Origin: Utricularia gibba
Taxonomy: Eukaryota > Plantae > Magnoliophyta
NCBI GenBank assembly: GCA_002189035.1
Contig: NEEC01000007.1
Span: 868,001-932,000, forward strand
DNA: 64,000 nt
Direction of reading: 5' to 3'
Under the pieces are notes generated by a model. It was not told the origin of the DNA and did no database searches. It saw nothing but the letters and a program-made list of their open reading frames with translations. Position 1 is the stretch's first letter. Every line of letters begins with the position of its first letter. Shown here piece by piece: positions 37,673 to 50,381 of the stretch. The position numbers and the translations under genes were made by a program.

Positions 37673-38601
37673 ATGGAGTACTTGGCTGACTTCTCGGCGG
37701 CGGACAACGGCGTGGGGGGCGCCCTTCATTTTGCGGTCGATGAATTGCTTAATTTTTCGGATGAGACGATGGCCGACACGTTCCTTGAGGTGCCCGCGGC
37801 GAATTCCGGGGATACGTCGACGCTGACACGGGTCGAGAGCTGTAATTCCTCTGTTTCCGGTGGTGGGGACGGGCATTTCGACTGGAAGAGCTTCGACGAG
37901 TGCCAGTTTGCCGGCAGCGTGCCGTACATCCAGGTGATTGGGATCAAGTTCTTACGCCAACGGATTTTCGGTTGGGGAGTGGTTTTGTGAATGTGTGAAA
38001 TTTGTAGGAGTGTGACGCGGAGCTGGAATGGCTGTCGAATTTTGTGGAGGAATCGTTCTCCAACGACGACCACCGCTTCATCCCGGCCACCGGCGCTGCA
38101 GTAAACACCGCTTCCCCGGCGCCGCCGACGGTTTTCCCTGCCGACGTCTCGGTGCCTGGAAAAGCCAGGAGCAAGCGCTCACGCGCGGCGCCCTGCGACT
38201 GGTCCTCGCGCCTCCTCCACGTGGCGCCTCCCGCTAAACAAGAGGCGTTGGTGGCGGAGACGGGTACCCCTCCCCGGAAATGCCTACACTGCGCATCGGA
38301 GAAGACCCCACAGTGGAGAACGGGCCCAATGGGCCCAAAAACACTCTGCAATGCTTGCGGTGTCCGGTACAAATCGGGGCGGTTGGTGCAGGAGTACAGA
38401 CCCGCCGCTAGCCCCACGTTTGTAGCGGCGAAGCACTCGAACTCCCACCGGAAAGTGATGGAGCTCCGGCGCCAGAAGGAGGTCCAACGGCAGCAACAAT
38501 TGAACGCCCAAGTTTCCATCTTTAAGGGGTGCGATGAATTCCTGATTCATCATCACCACACCACCCTTCTCAAAGGCCACGATTTGCGCCGCATGATCTA
38601 G
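37673..38601 (+). CDS. GATA zinc-finger transcription factor (class A)
   Basis: Exons 37673-37933 and 38008-38601. [69 protein letters not shown]. Confidence 0.93.
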
Positions 38602-40300
38602 CCTAGTGTACTTACCCCCAAGTCACAGACACGCCTGGCTGCCTGCAGCTTAGATTTCTTCTTCATTACAACTTAAGCGCCCCAAATGTGTTTTTCAACG
38701 GAGAATAAGAATCCCATGTATCATACTGTCAACTCCAAAAACCCAAGCCATTCAGTTTCAGCAGAGCTCTCCAAACCCGCTTTCTCAGACAACTGAAACC
38801 AGAAATCAATTCTAAAGAAAAGGCGCAACCTTTCCACATTGTCTTGCCATTCAAGAACACCCCATGTTTCGAAATATGAGGAGTAGGTAACTGATGGGCG
38901 TAAAGCTTTAATCGAAGGGGGCTCGATTGTACGGGACACATGATCATGTGGGGGAGACCTGCGGTGTGCCTCATTCACTCACCTTTCAATTCTCACTTCT
39001 TTGTGAATTCAATTCTCTCTCGGCTCCAATGTCCCTCAAACAACGACTCCTCATCCATTTTCCACCCCCATTTCCAACTATAAATAAAAAAGAACATTTT
39101 TTTTTTCAAACTTCATGAAGAGAGTGAGTACCATCTTCCCAATTGATTTTAATTTTAAATTTCATAGCTGATAATTTAATTTAATTAATAATATATTTAA
39201 ATACAGACACATATTTCAAAAATTTTGATAAAAAATTTGATGGGTAGGATATGTATCTTAAACATAATGACGTATTCAACCTCAAAAGACATTCTTTTTT
39301 TCTGCAATTTTTTGTGCGAAAAAAATATTGAATTTTACTAGATAAAATATTTTTCTTGCAAGCGCACAACCGCTGGGCATAATGTCGTTTGACTGGTCTT
39401 CACGGTCACCGACGCATCCCGCGCCTTTTGAACCACGAGACCTCACAACTTGTGACACATTAAAGAAAGAAAAAGTAAATATAAATAAGTTTTAAAGCTT
39501 CTTTCAAACGCTGTTAATTGCATCCTTTTTATTATTTTTTTAGAAAAAAATATATTTGTTTGTGTGAAGAATTAATGATTTAAAGACAATAACAACCCAT
39601 ATGTTTGGTAATTAAATGAGTGGTCAATTCCAATTCAGTAGACCCCATGTGCAAGTCCAACGTTTGTCCATCATCTTTTCCATAATTGCGATGCCCGGCC
39701 CCGAGATATTACAATATTACAATTCTACTACCCAGAATAATAAATAATTACATTATTTTAAATAGGATAAATATGTTTGCTTTCACTTTATTTGTTTCTT
39801 TCATAGAAAAGAACAAAAAATAAAGTGGAAACTCGAGGCGGTGCTACCTTTTTCTCAACGTGAAAATATTTAATGATTTTAAATTCGTTTGGAAATTTTT
39901 GTAAAACCATGGGCCGTTTATGGGCCGATCCGGGCCGTTTTGAAGGATTGTTCGACGACGGATCCGGGCCACCGGACTGGTACGGTTGAAATTATTAAAA
40001 ACAATTTTTTTTATTAAAAATTAAAAATTTAGAAGCATTATTTGTTTTGGGATATTGTGTTAAAATTATTAATAAATTTATTATTTTTATAGGAATATAA
40101 TAATAGTATAATGTGAAACTCTTTTTTTTTTGGGTAATTCAGACACTCTTTTATTGCAGGGTGTGTTCCTTCAAGCGTGTTCTCCTTGGTAAAACGGAGA
40201 ACCGCTGGTGAAGAAATGGACGCATACAATTGCGTTTTCCAGGAAAAAAAATTGAAAAAGGGAAAACGAAATCCGAGGAGATGAGGGTAACTGTGTTTCA

Positions 40301-40735
40301 CTATGGAGAATTCTGATGGTGCCTCAAGTCTCTGTAGAACTTCCGGATAAACTCTTCCGCGGCTTCATCTACATGAGCATCCCCTCCTTCATCCCCCACA
40401 AACGGGGAGTCCGTTACCCTCAGCTGCCTCACGAACGGCGTCCTCCCAAACCCAGGAAGCGCCGGCGACGCGGCGGCACTAACGAAATCCAGGGCGGCCC
40501 CAAACAGATCTCCATCGATCCCCGTCTTCCCATGGTAGGGGAAATCAGGGGATTTGCTACAACTGAACTGGTACTCTTTCTCACGATATGGGGTGCCGGC
40601 GGCGATCTTCGTCTTGGTCCAGAGCATCACGAGGCTGAGCTCCGCCGTGAGCCTCGCCTTGGAAATGCCTTTCCTCAGCATGAAGTAGATGGCTTTCACG
40701 CGTTTCCAGAAGCTTTTGTTGAGCCGTGGATCCAT
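40301..40735 (-). CDS. DUF761 / cotton-fibre-expressed (ACRE146-like) protein, intronless
   Basis: FMLRKGISK, EYQFSCSKSP, SPALPGFGRTP, VRQLRVTDSPF, C-terminal VDEAAEEFIRKFY. Confidence 0.85.
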   Translation of the reverse strand: MDPRLNKSFWKRVKAIYFMLRKGISKARLTAELSLVMLWTKTKIAAGTPYREKEYQFSCSKSPDFPYHGKTGIDGDLFGAALDFVSAAASPALPGFGRTPFVRQLRVTDSPFVGDEGGDAHVDEAAEEFIRKFYRDLRHHQNSP

Positions 40736-42723
40736 GTTGCTTCCAAGATGTGGCGTTGGTTTTTCAAGGTGTCCCTCCGGGGTTCCGCATATGGAGTGGG
40801 TATTTATAGAGGGATCCTAAAAGTGGGACTCTTGATGTACTTTGGAAAAAGCACTTCCATTCAATGGCACCATCCTCCGGCTTTCATAAAATAAACCCTT
40901 TAGCCCTTACCAGTCGCACATCAACTCTCTAACGTAGCGCATGTTAAGTTTTTGTAAGCAGAAGTTAAAACAGATACTCTTTCTAGAACCACGACTCTTG
41001 ATGCCAAACATCTCATTTACTTCACTTAACAGGCAAATCATGGCCCTACAGATGGCTGAAGATTATGCGTCGGATAAGTAACCTCGGTGTTGATTATTTT
41101 TGAAGTTTTATGTTTGAGGGTTAATGAAGTGATTAAGTGAATGATTAGGAAGAGTGGTTTTTGATTTCGGAGAAAAGAAAAGGAGTTTCCCAGGCGGCTG
41201 GCTCCGCTTTTTGGTAAAGGGTGTGGGGAGCTCATCTTTTTTGTATTTCAGAATTCACGTTTCTCGTCTCCACTCACTCTCCCCTTTTCTTAGCAGGAAG
41301 GGTTTGCTCAAGCAGACGTGTCCTGCTCTCATTGGCCACATTTTCCTCTCCGACTACACGCTACACCACTGGACCCCAAATGGGTAGTCTGTGGGTATTT
41401 ACTAATAGTATCGAGCACGGGAGGTTTTTGGTTCCATATAGTATGTGTTATAACAAATAATTTTATATAGTTAATTAAAATTGAAATAATTAAATATATA
41501 AAAATTATATATCACGAATAATTAATTGAATCTAGTACCATCTAATTCATGGAATTCTTAATTTTAATATTATCAAAACTCTATTAAAAAAAAGCTTAGA
41601 GAGTTACCTATCAAGTCGGTTATCTGTGTGGAAGGGTGACACAGTCCAAGGCACTCGGTATGGGCTCATGCGGAATGCATAAAGGGGAAAAAGATGGAGA
41701 TGGGCACGACAGAGAAGTGAGTGGAGTGGTCTTTTATTGGGCAGGCCAACGTTCCTCTACCTTCCAGCCGGAGAACCGCCGTGGCGTTGTTTCCGTTCCA
41801 TCGTCGCCTTTCACAAAGAAGAAGCACTTTCCTTGGAGTTTTCTATTCATCTGAATCCACTTTCACGTTGTCCCCCCATTCCATTTCAAGTGTGTGCTGG
41901 CTTCGGAACATGGACTGGGCTTCGCCGTGTACGGTCTCCGATCAACCTGAGCAAACTTCTTACAAATGGCAGGGCGTACGGGTGAACAAGAGACTGTTGA
42001 ACGGACCCAGCCCAATAAGGAAGTTTGTAAGAAGAAACTGAAAGTAGAGTTCGGCGGGCCCCATAGAAAGCCCAGACGCACCGGAAAAAGTAATGGGCCC
42101 AGTACTGGGCTACCAGTACATCCCCATCATTAGGTAGCAGATAACTTTGTGCTCATAACTGCACTTGAATTCGTAGGACGAAAGCTGGAAAGTGAGATTC
42201 CAGTTGGGGACTCGGAGTTTCTATCAGGTGCTGTTGTATCATGGATTTATTTATGAGATGAAAACAAAAAAATTAAAAAAAAGATGGAATTTTTATTTCT
42301 GGGATTCTGTTAAAATCTCTTTTTGAATTTGAAAAGGTGTGTTTTCTTATTGAGCAAAGCGGACGGGGAATAAAGATTGGATTTTTGGTAAGCATTTTTT
42401 CACTTGCCACTTTTTTCCTGGAGTTAAGGGGGATGGATTGGAGCTTCCTGCGCTGTAACATGTAGACGGTTTTGATGGGTTGGATTCAAGTTTAAATTTT
42501 TTTCAATTTTGCATTTGAAATTCGTTTGTTTCTGTGATACCCTTTTGTCCTGGAACAGTGTTCTCCACGAGGGTCTGTCAGAGCACCAAAAATTTTCAAA
42601 AGAAGTTCCTTTATTAACCATAAGCATCCAAGTGAAAGAAACTTCTGTGTGTACAAGGAGCTTCTGCTTTCTCTCTGCTGCTCATTTGGATTCTGGTTGT
42701 TGCTCTTCTTCACCCTCGGCGAA

Positions 42724-44016
42724 ATGGGAAAAGCTACCAAGTGGATTAGAGCTCTTCTTGGAATCACGAAAAGTAAGGAAAATCGTGGTGATTCTGCTAG
42801 TTCTGCTCTGAAGAAGGAGAAGAAAAGGTGGAGTTTCGCAAAGCATGCTAGAGCATCCGGCGAAATCGGGATTCCGGCGAACGAAGAAGACCCTCTCTGG
42901 CTGAAAAGTTACCTTTCCGACACACAGCAGCAAACTAAGCATGCTATTGCCGTCGCCGCTGCCACCGCCGCCGCCGCCGATGCTGCCGTAGCCGCCGCGC
43001 AGGCAGCCGTCGCCGTCGTCCGACTAACCAGCCAGAGCAGAGGAGCCTCTGTTTTCGTCGCCGGTAGAGAACTACGCGCCGCCGTAAAGATCCAAACAGT
43101 TTTCAGAAGCCATTTGGTAAGTCCTAAATCCAAAAAAAAAAATCGCCCTTGTTCATAATTATCCCCAGAATCAAACTTCGCATCTGTTTTACAGGCCCGG
43201 AAAGCTTTACGAGCGCTGAAAGGATTAGTGAAACTTCAAGCGCTTGTAAGAGGATTTCTTGTAAGGAGGAGAGCTGCTGCTACACTTCATAGCATGCAAG
43301 CTCTGTTCCGGGCACAGGCTGCAGTCAGGGCCCAAAGACACAGGGCAAGAAAGTGCATTGTAAGAGAAACAGATCATTTTCCCTTTACTTTATCCAATAC
43401 AAAACTCCATCAATGTTCATTCTCTGTATTTGCAGGAGGGCATCACGATACCCGCGGTGAATTCCCCAGCAAGAGGCTGCTTACCGGATCATACAACAAC
43501 AATCCAACAATCGAAGAAACTCCGAAGATCGTCGAGATTGATCCCGGCCGGCCTAAATCAAGGTCACGCAGAACCAATCCATCCTCCTTCCCCGAGTACT
43601 ACGACGACCCTTCCTACAATCCCCACTACATCGATGCATCATCCCCTCTCCCGTATCCAACTCCGGCGCGATTATCCGTCCCAGAGTATCAGATCAACAC
43701 CGAATTCGACTGGGGGCTCCTGAGGGAGGATTACAAATGCCCCACCTCCCAAAACACACCCCGGCTGAGTTACGCATTCTCCCCTGCAAAGAGTCTGTGT
43801 AGTGAGAGCTTCTCCAAAGCGTATCTGCATAATCCTCCGAGCTACATGGCCAATACCCACTCCTTTAATGCCAAACTGAGATCCCAAAGCGCGCCGAGAC
43901 AGCGACATGAATGGGGACTGAAGAACAGGCTTCCATTAATGGCATCAAGGAGCAGCTTCAGTGGGGTTCGGATGCACAGATCCTGTTCTCGAGTTCATGA
44001 AGACTTTGAATCCTAG
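42724..44016 (+). CDS. IQD: IQ67-domain protein (IQD26-like) with DUF4005
   Basis: [38 protein letters not shown] motif [13 protein letters not shown]|[20 protein letters not shown] (intron 43117-43194), [22 protein letters not shown]. The second intron (43360-43435) is anomalous; see findings. Confidence 0.9.
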
Positions 44017-44933
44017 AAATGCGAACGCCTCTTCACCCCCATCTTTGTGGCTGTAAATTTCGTTCCCAGTTTATCATATTTCAAATTAATTTCCACCGGA
44101 TAAACATATTGATACCTATTATAAAAATTTATAACAACAAAGTTAAATAGCAAAAAAAATTTATAATTATTTTTTATTTACACGAAAATATTTTTGTGAA
44201 TATTAATAAGATAATAGAAATGAGTGACATGCAAGTTGCAACGTCATATATTGTCTTTTTTTAAAAAAATTATTTTATTTTCAAACGTTTCTTTCCCTCC
44301 CGCGCTACCCCTGTTGCCTATTATTATTAATATTATAATATGAATTTGAAATGGTAACGCAATCCATGGTATTTTATATATCTAATTAATGCATACTCTT
44401 GTCTTTTTTAATAATTATTATAATATTCAATTGCACATACTTTTAATCAATAATTTGATATCAATTGTACGATCCACGTCCATTGGTTCCTCCTTCATTT
44501 AACTTTGGTAATTAAATAATTTTCAGGGTAAAAAATTTGTCCGTACGGACATCAGCAAAAATGAATTTGGACATATTTATAATATTAATTTGAACTGCGG
44601 GGAGAAAAAAAAACGAAGAGGAGCCCATTCTGCACAGGGACGCAGATCTGAACAGGGAGCGGTTTTAAATTATAAAATAAGAAATAGTGGGCCGAAAATA
44701 AAAACAAGAAAACAAAGATGATTGGTGATGCCATTTTTAATATTATTTATTTATAAAAAACAAGATTCTCTCTCCTTTTGATGTAATGATATTGGTATTG
44801 ATATCTCATCCCTCCGTCTGGAGATGTGTGCACAGCCACGCACAGTGAATCATGAAAACTGTGTTCGTTGTTCTTTGACTGCATCATTACAATTTCCGAT
44901 TAAACAACTTATTTTTTTTAAAAAGATTATTAT

Positions 44934-45404
44934 AAATTAAATTGAAATGTTAAAATGTTTAATAAATTAAAAATCAATATATTTAGTATAGTATTTTTTA
45001 ATGTGATTTAATTTTATTGTATACTTATATTTGCCGTAACATGTAACCCATTAACCAAAACCATGTATAGATGGAATTGAAATCATTGTGTTGTAGGATA
45101 TTTTTAAAAAAAACTATTAGAAATTAAATTGAAATGTTAAAGAATACAATATATTATATATTATTAATAATCGATTAAGTATAATCTTTTTTAATGTAAT
45201 TCATATTTATCATATATTTATATTTTACTTAATATCGATCCCATTAACTAAAAGGATGGAATCCGAATCAATGTAATGCAAGAAGAATCTTCAAATACAA
45301 TTTTTAGATCTAAGTTTTTCTAATATAATTTACGTTTATTATAATTAGTATTAACGTAACATCCAACCCATTAACCAAAACCGTGTATGGATAGAATCAG
45401 AATC
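44934..45404 (+). repeat. Degenerate AT-rich direct repeats (2-3 copies)
   Basis: aaattaaattgaaatgttaaa at 44934 and 45121; cgtaacat..aacccattaaccaaaacc.tgtat at 45035 and 45355, with a partial cccattaac at about 45240. Confidence 0.6.
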
Positions 45405-46300
45405 TTGGAAGACAACTCGTGGGGAGCTGGTTTGGGTCCGTTTGGATGGGGATGTTACCACAGCATCTTTGTTTTTTTCAACGTAAACAGTTGGTGTTTG
45501 GAGGGAGAATCGAAGAAGCTACACGAAATGCTAGAAATGGGCAACGGCAGATGACAATTTTCCGATTATGAATGCACCTGCGCTCTGGGTCTCCGGCGAG
45601 CTGCAGTTTGGCAGAGCCTCCGGGGGTAACGTTAATGCAACCTTGCTATTTATATATCAAGGAATTAACACGGAAGTCGACCTCTATTATTGGTAATCAG
45701 CATGGGGAATGGCAAAAGCGACTGTGCCTAGTGCCCACGCCATGTGCCACAATTCAATTTCTATAATAAATGGTATTTTTCGTGTCCAAAATTGTCAATT
45801 TATGGATGCCACATTTTTTTCATGTGAAATAATATATGTTTTGATAACTATGTCAATGTTGGTTGAAATAGCAATTTTCAATTATTGGTATTATCCCCTC
45901 TCATAATGATGGGTCCCATATGATAAAAAGACACATGTTGTTTTTAACATCTATTAAAATATGATATCAATGAGATGATAAATCATAGAATAAAAAAGTA
46001 CCATACCGATTTTTAAAGATGTCACATGTTTTCATATCTTAGGGGAAATGAATTCTAAATGATGGATCAACATCATATTATTATAATATTTGAAATTGTG
46101 GAAATTGGGCTTCTTACACATTGATTGGGCCGTTCGTTCTAAAGCCCATTCGAGCAACTTGACACAATTTTTGAAAACCGGCCGTACTTATTCCCAACGG
46201 TCATAAACGGTTGTTGCATTCACATTTTTCATTGCGCAACGGTTCTATTTCCAGAAACTCCTCCTTCCCCTGAAGCAAGATTTGTTATAATCCTATTTCC

Positions 46301-48460
46301 ATGGATTACTTGGAGAACAGAGGCGAATTCCCTTCCAGATGTAACGTAGTCTCCAGAAGAGGTAAGCTTCGGAGCTTTTCTTGGATAAGGACATGGAATG
46401 TTTGGATGCTGTTCTTGATCTGAAATGGGGTTTGTATGGTTGCTCTAATTTTCTTCTATTATGAACAGGAGGAGGAAATGAGAATCGGGGAGATGGTTTT
46501 CGACCCAAGTTTCAGGGTAGCCAAAGAGTTTTAATGGGTGATTCAAATCGACGGATTCTGTCTGAACGGAATGAAAATATGTACGTTTCCAATACTCAGG
46601 ATTCGTATCTAAAGATGGGAAGGAGCAACGAGTTTGGCGATTCCTTTTCTGGACATTCTTGTTCTGCTGTTGCTGAGTATAACGGTTGTATTATCCAGGA
46701 TCATGAAAACACGCCTTATGACCCTTTGTCTAACAAACTCTTACCTCGACCGAAGTACCTACGTTTCAATCCGAATAGGTGCACTGAGATTTTTAGCAGG
46801 ATGGAAAAAGATTTCGAGGAGGAGTTATCTTCCAAGATGGCTTCTACTGTCGAAGTTGCAGATGTGAATGTATCTCCGATAGAAAAGACTCATGGATTGC
46901 CTTCATTTCTTTTAAGTTGCAGCTTGGTAGAACCTTCGAATGATGAATTCATGGAGGGAGATGATGATGAAGAAGAAGTTGATTGTCTGGACGAGGATGA
47001 GGAGCTAAACAGTGCAAGGGGAGGAGGGTCGTATGTTAAAGGAATGATGAAGCCCATTTTTACCTTCATTGCTTGTGTAGTATTAACTTCATATATCTGC
47101 TCTCTGCATTCTCCAGCATCCTCGGGACCTCAAGATGCGAATTGGGAACTTGAAAATGGTGACCTCATGAGTAAGAATCTAACGCTTGAAGTTGATGTCT
47201 TCAATGTGAATATGCGTTGCAGCGAAGTTTCTATTGGAGCTGAAGCTCTAGCTAATGTTTACAGCCACGGTATGTTTGGATCGGATGTTATTCAGGAAAC
47301 TAGGGATCATATTGAGCACGTTATGGCTGAAGACAATGAAATGCAGCCAGAGAATGCAGAGATGGAAACATCATCTCAACTTATAGATACAAGCTCTGAA
47401 GAAACAGAGTCTGCAGATTCTACTTTTGAGGGGTCTGCTGATGAATCAAATCTCATTGTTCCAGCTGAAGAAATTATTGAAGAAGTGTCTGCAATGGAAC
47501 TTGAGATTGCGGATATGGACGTGCTCTCTCAACTCGCAGAAGCGTACCCTGAAGATACAGAGTTTCAAACTTCAGCAGATCCTACTAGTGAGAGATCTGC
47601 GTGTGCAGATGAATCGAATCCTGTTGTTCAAGCTGAAGAAATTCTTGATGAAGTATCTGATTTGGAACCTGAGATTTCAGAAATCGACACATTCGCTCCA
47701 CCCGTGGACGCACACCCTGAAGAAAGAGGGTCCTTTCATTTGCTTCAACATGCTGACTATACTCGCGAGGAATCAACAGACACGATGAATCTTGTGGCTC
47801 CACTTGATGAAATCCCTGTAGCAGCATGTGACGAGGCAGGCAAATCGAAAAAGGTGGGATGGGATAGATCTGATGGTGTTGGGATTTATGCAGCTGTAGC
47901 TACATTGTTATCTGCTTTGGCCTTGATTTATCAAACATATCATGCAAAAAGCAAGCTGATTCAACCACAGAAACCTCTGCAAAAGATGCCTGAAGCTGGG
48001 GACAGAGAAGCACCTGAGGAGCTTCACAATTTAGAGAAGAAAGTTGAGTTCTTCTCCAAGCCACCGGTTCCCCACCTGATAGAAGAACTCAAAATGCCCA
48101 CTCTCAATCTCAACCACCATGTTCCATCTGTAGAGCTAATCAGTGAAATCAGTATCAGCCTAGAAGGCAGGTCAGGAAACTCCAGCAACAAAAGCATAAA
48201 CACCCTTTTCAAGGGAGATGATGATACATCCTACCAATACACAACTCCTCCTCCCCAGAAAAGAAGCTCAATCCCAAAGAAAGTGGTAGTGTTTCCATCC
48301 CATCCGCCCCATGCTCAAAGCAACCAGTTTTCTAAAACTAACCATCTTTGAATGAATGGTGCAGTGCAAAAAAATTGGAGATGCTGCTGCACCCATAAGC
48401 GTAACCCCGGTTCGCCGATCCGGTCGACTACGCGGCCTTGCAGCTGCCGCAGCATCGTAA
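46301..48460 (+). CDS. Uncharacterised plant membrane protein (PYDP...PRPKYLRFNPN family, At2g16270-like)
   Basis: Exon 46301-46361 splices in frame to the 605-aa ORF at 46469. Motifs RILSERNE and PYDPLSNKLLPRPKYLRFNPNR, two hydrophobic segments. A last exon at 48365-48460 encodes VTPVRRSGRLR. Confidence 0.75.
47356..47780 (+). repeat. Internal acidic tandem repeat with ~168-bp (56-aa) period inside the CDS
   Basis: SADESNLIVPAEEIIEEVSAMELEIADMD (47434) aligns with CADESNPVVQAEEILDEVSDLEPEISEID (47602); partial units flank both sides. Confidence 0.8.
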
Positions 48461-48837
48461 AGCTGCCATGGCAAGTACTCTCAGCTCAACTCGTTGCCTA
48501 TTAGCATTACTTAGGAATCACCGTAGAGCTCTCCTACGAGATGAATTATTTCATATTCTAGAATTTGTACCACAAAATGGTTATCATTAGTATTATTTTT
48601 TTCCTTTACCATTTTATTGATTCTATATTAATAGAATCATTATAATTATTTATTTTATTACAATTTATAATTTACTTATCGATTTTATATTTCGAATCAT
48701 TTATAATTTTTCGTTCTTTACGGTTAACCATATAACTCCATATGGTTGCATTCTCAAGAATGTTCATTTCCTACGGAGAGGGATCATCAGCCTAAACACA
48801 ATGATTAAGATACGTAAATAAGCGTAATTAGATATGA

Positions 48838-49372
48838 TTAGAGGCCCTGATCAATCAGGTAATCTCCCATCTTCTCCACAACCATGTTGCATTGCCCAGG
48901 AGTCATTGGTTCTTCATATATTCCGACAATCAGAGCTTGCCCCGTTTTCTTCACAGTAATCCCTCCGGAGCCCTATACAGAAAACAAAAATCCATAACGG
49001 CCATGTCTGGCAAGGGTTCGCGAAGAAGCGATGCACCTTTTTTCCACGGATGACGGCTCCAGGCTCTCCCTGGATCACCATATACTTGGCACCGTCGAGG
49101 AAGAGTCCGGTGGGGGCCAGGAACCCCGGCTCGTCGAAGTCTTTCACAATGTTAGAAATCTCCTCGGGCTTGAACTGCACACAGAGATGCAGCAAATGAA
49201 TCGTCACGAAGGGAGCCCTCCGAGCAGAATCAAAAAATGATCATCCCACCTGAGGGAACGTGGTGCTCTTAGCCCAGACATTGCTGTCCAGTCCGATGAT
49301 CGCAGCGGCGGCGAGATGGACGCCCTCCACCTCGCACATCAAGTGATCGTTGACGTAGGTTTGCCACGACAT
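48838..49372 (-). CDS. PRF: Profilin
   Basis: Exons 49372-49250, 49174-49037 and 48972-48838. [49 protein letters not shown]. Confidence 0.97.
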
Positions 49373-50381
49373 GGAGTAGGATTCAAGGCCTTCGTTACGA
49401 TCAAACAGAAATTGCAGCTCCAATCCTTCTTTCTGCGCTTTCTCGGAATGCGCTCCACGCTGGGGAAAAAAACAAACACCGATGGGATAAATAGTGACGA
49501 TCGTCGAACAAATGAGTGGTAAAAATGTTACTACTTTCCGAATCTGAAGGTGTCAGAATTAAACCAGCGGTTTTGACGAAGTGGAGGAAGGCATTTGGGT
49601 GTTTGTCAGTGATTATAGTATTTTTAAAAATAAAATAACTAGATATAATTGACCATAATTACAAAAATTGAGTGATTTTTATCGTATATTTTTTTAAGAT
49701 ATTAAATATACTAATTATTGGTTGATATTGACTGCCTTTAAAATAGCATTATCTTGTTATTTTTTTGATCCACCAATGAAATAATTAGAATAGGGATAAA
49801 AATCTAATTATGATCATTGTCGATTGGTGATTTGTTCATAATGTGGAAGGGTCGGGCCGGGTAAATCCGGGTGACCCCGGATTTTAATGCGTGATGAAAA
49901 TTGATTTAACTTCTGATTCAAAACATGAAAATTCATATTAAAGCGAAACTCGGCAACAAAATAAAATCACACAAGATGGGATAGAAATTAGATATGCGAC
50001 AAATAAATAAAAATTTAAATAAATGTCCATTTTTGTACGGACGTGCAGTGTCTGGAAGCTTAATGTGCGTTTGGTAAGAGACGCGGATACCCACAACCGT
50101 TGGTGGTCGCCTCATCTTCTTGTCCAAAATCAAATTATTATTTTATGATTCTTTTTTTCCATATTAGGCCTGTTTTAAATTATGAAATATGTGGTTTAAT
50201 TAAAATATGGGTTTAGAAAAGAAAATAGGTTAATATTTATTCAGAGGAAGAGGAGGAGGGAGCACTCTTTATTACAAGCCCCCCGGAAAGGGGAACACAC
50301 GCAGCACCCTTATTAGTACACAGGAGCACTCACTCAGTCTTCCTCCTCCGCCTCCTCGCGACTCTTTCGTGTTTTGTGGCC

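Noticed and set aside
49863-49884. Perfect 9-bp inverted repeat AAATCCGGG-TGAC-CCCGGATTT upstream of profilin
   Set aside because: A single short palindrome with no supporting context; expected occasionally by chance.
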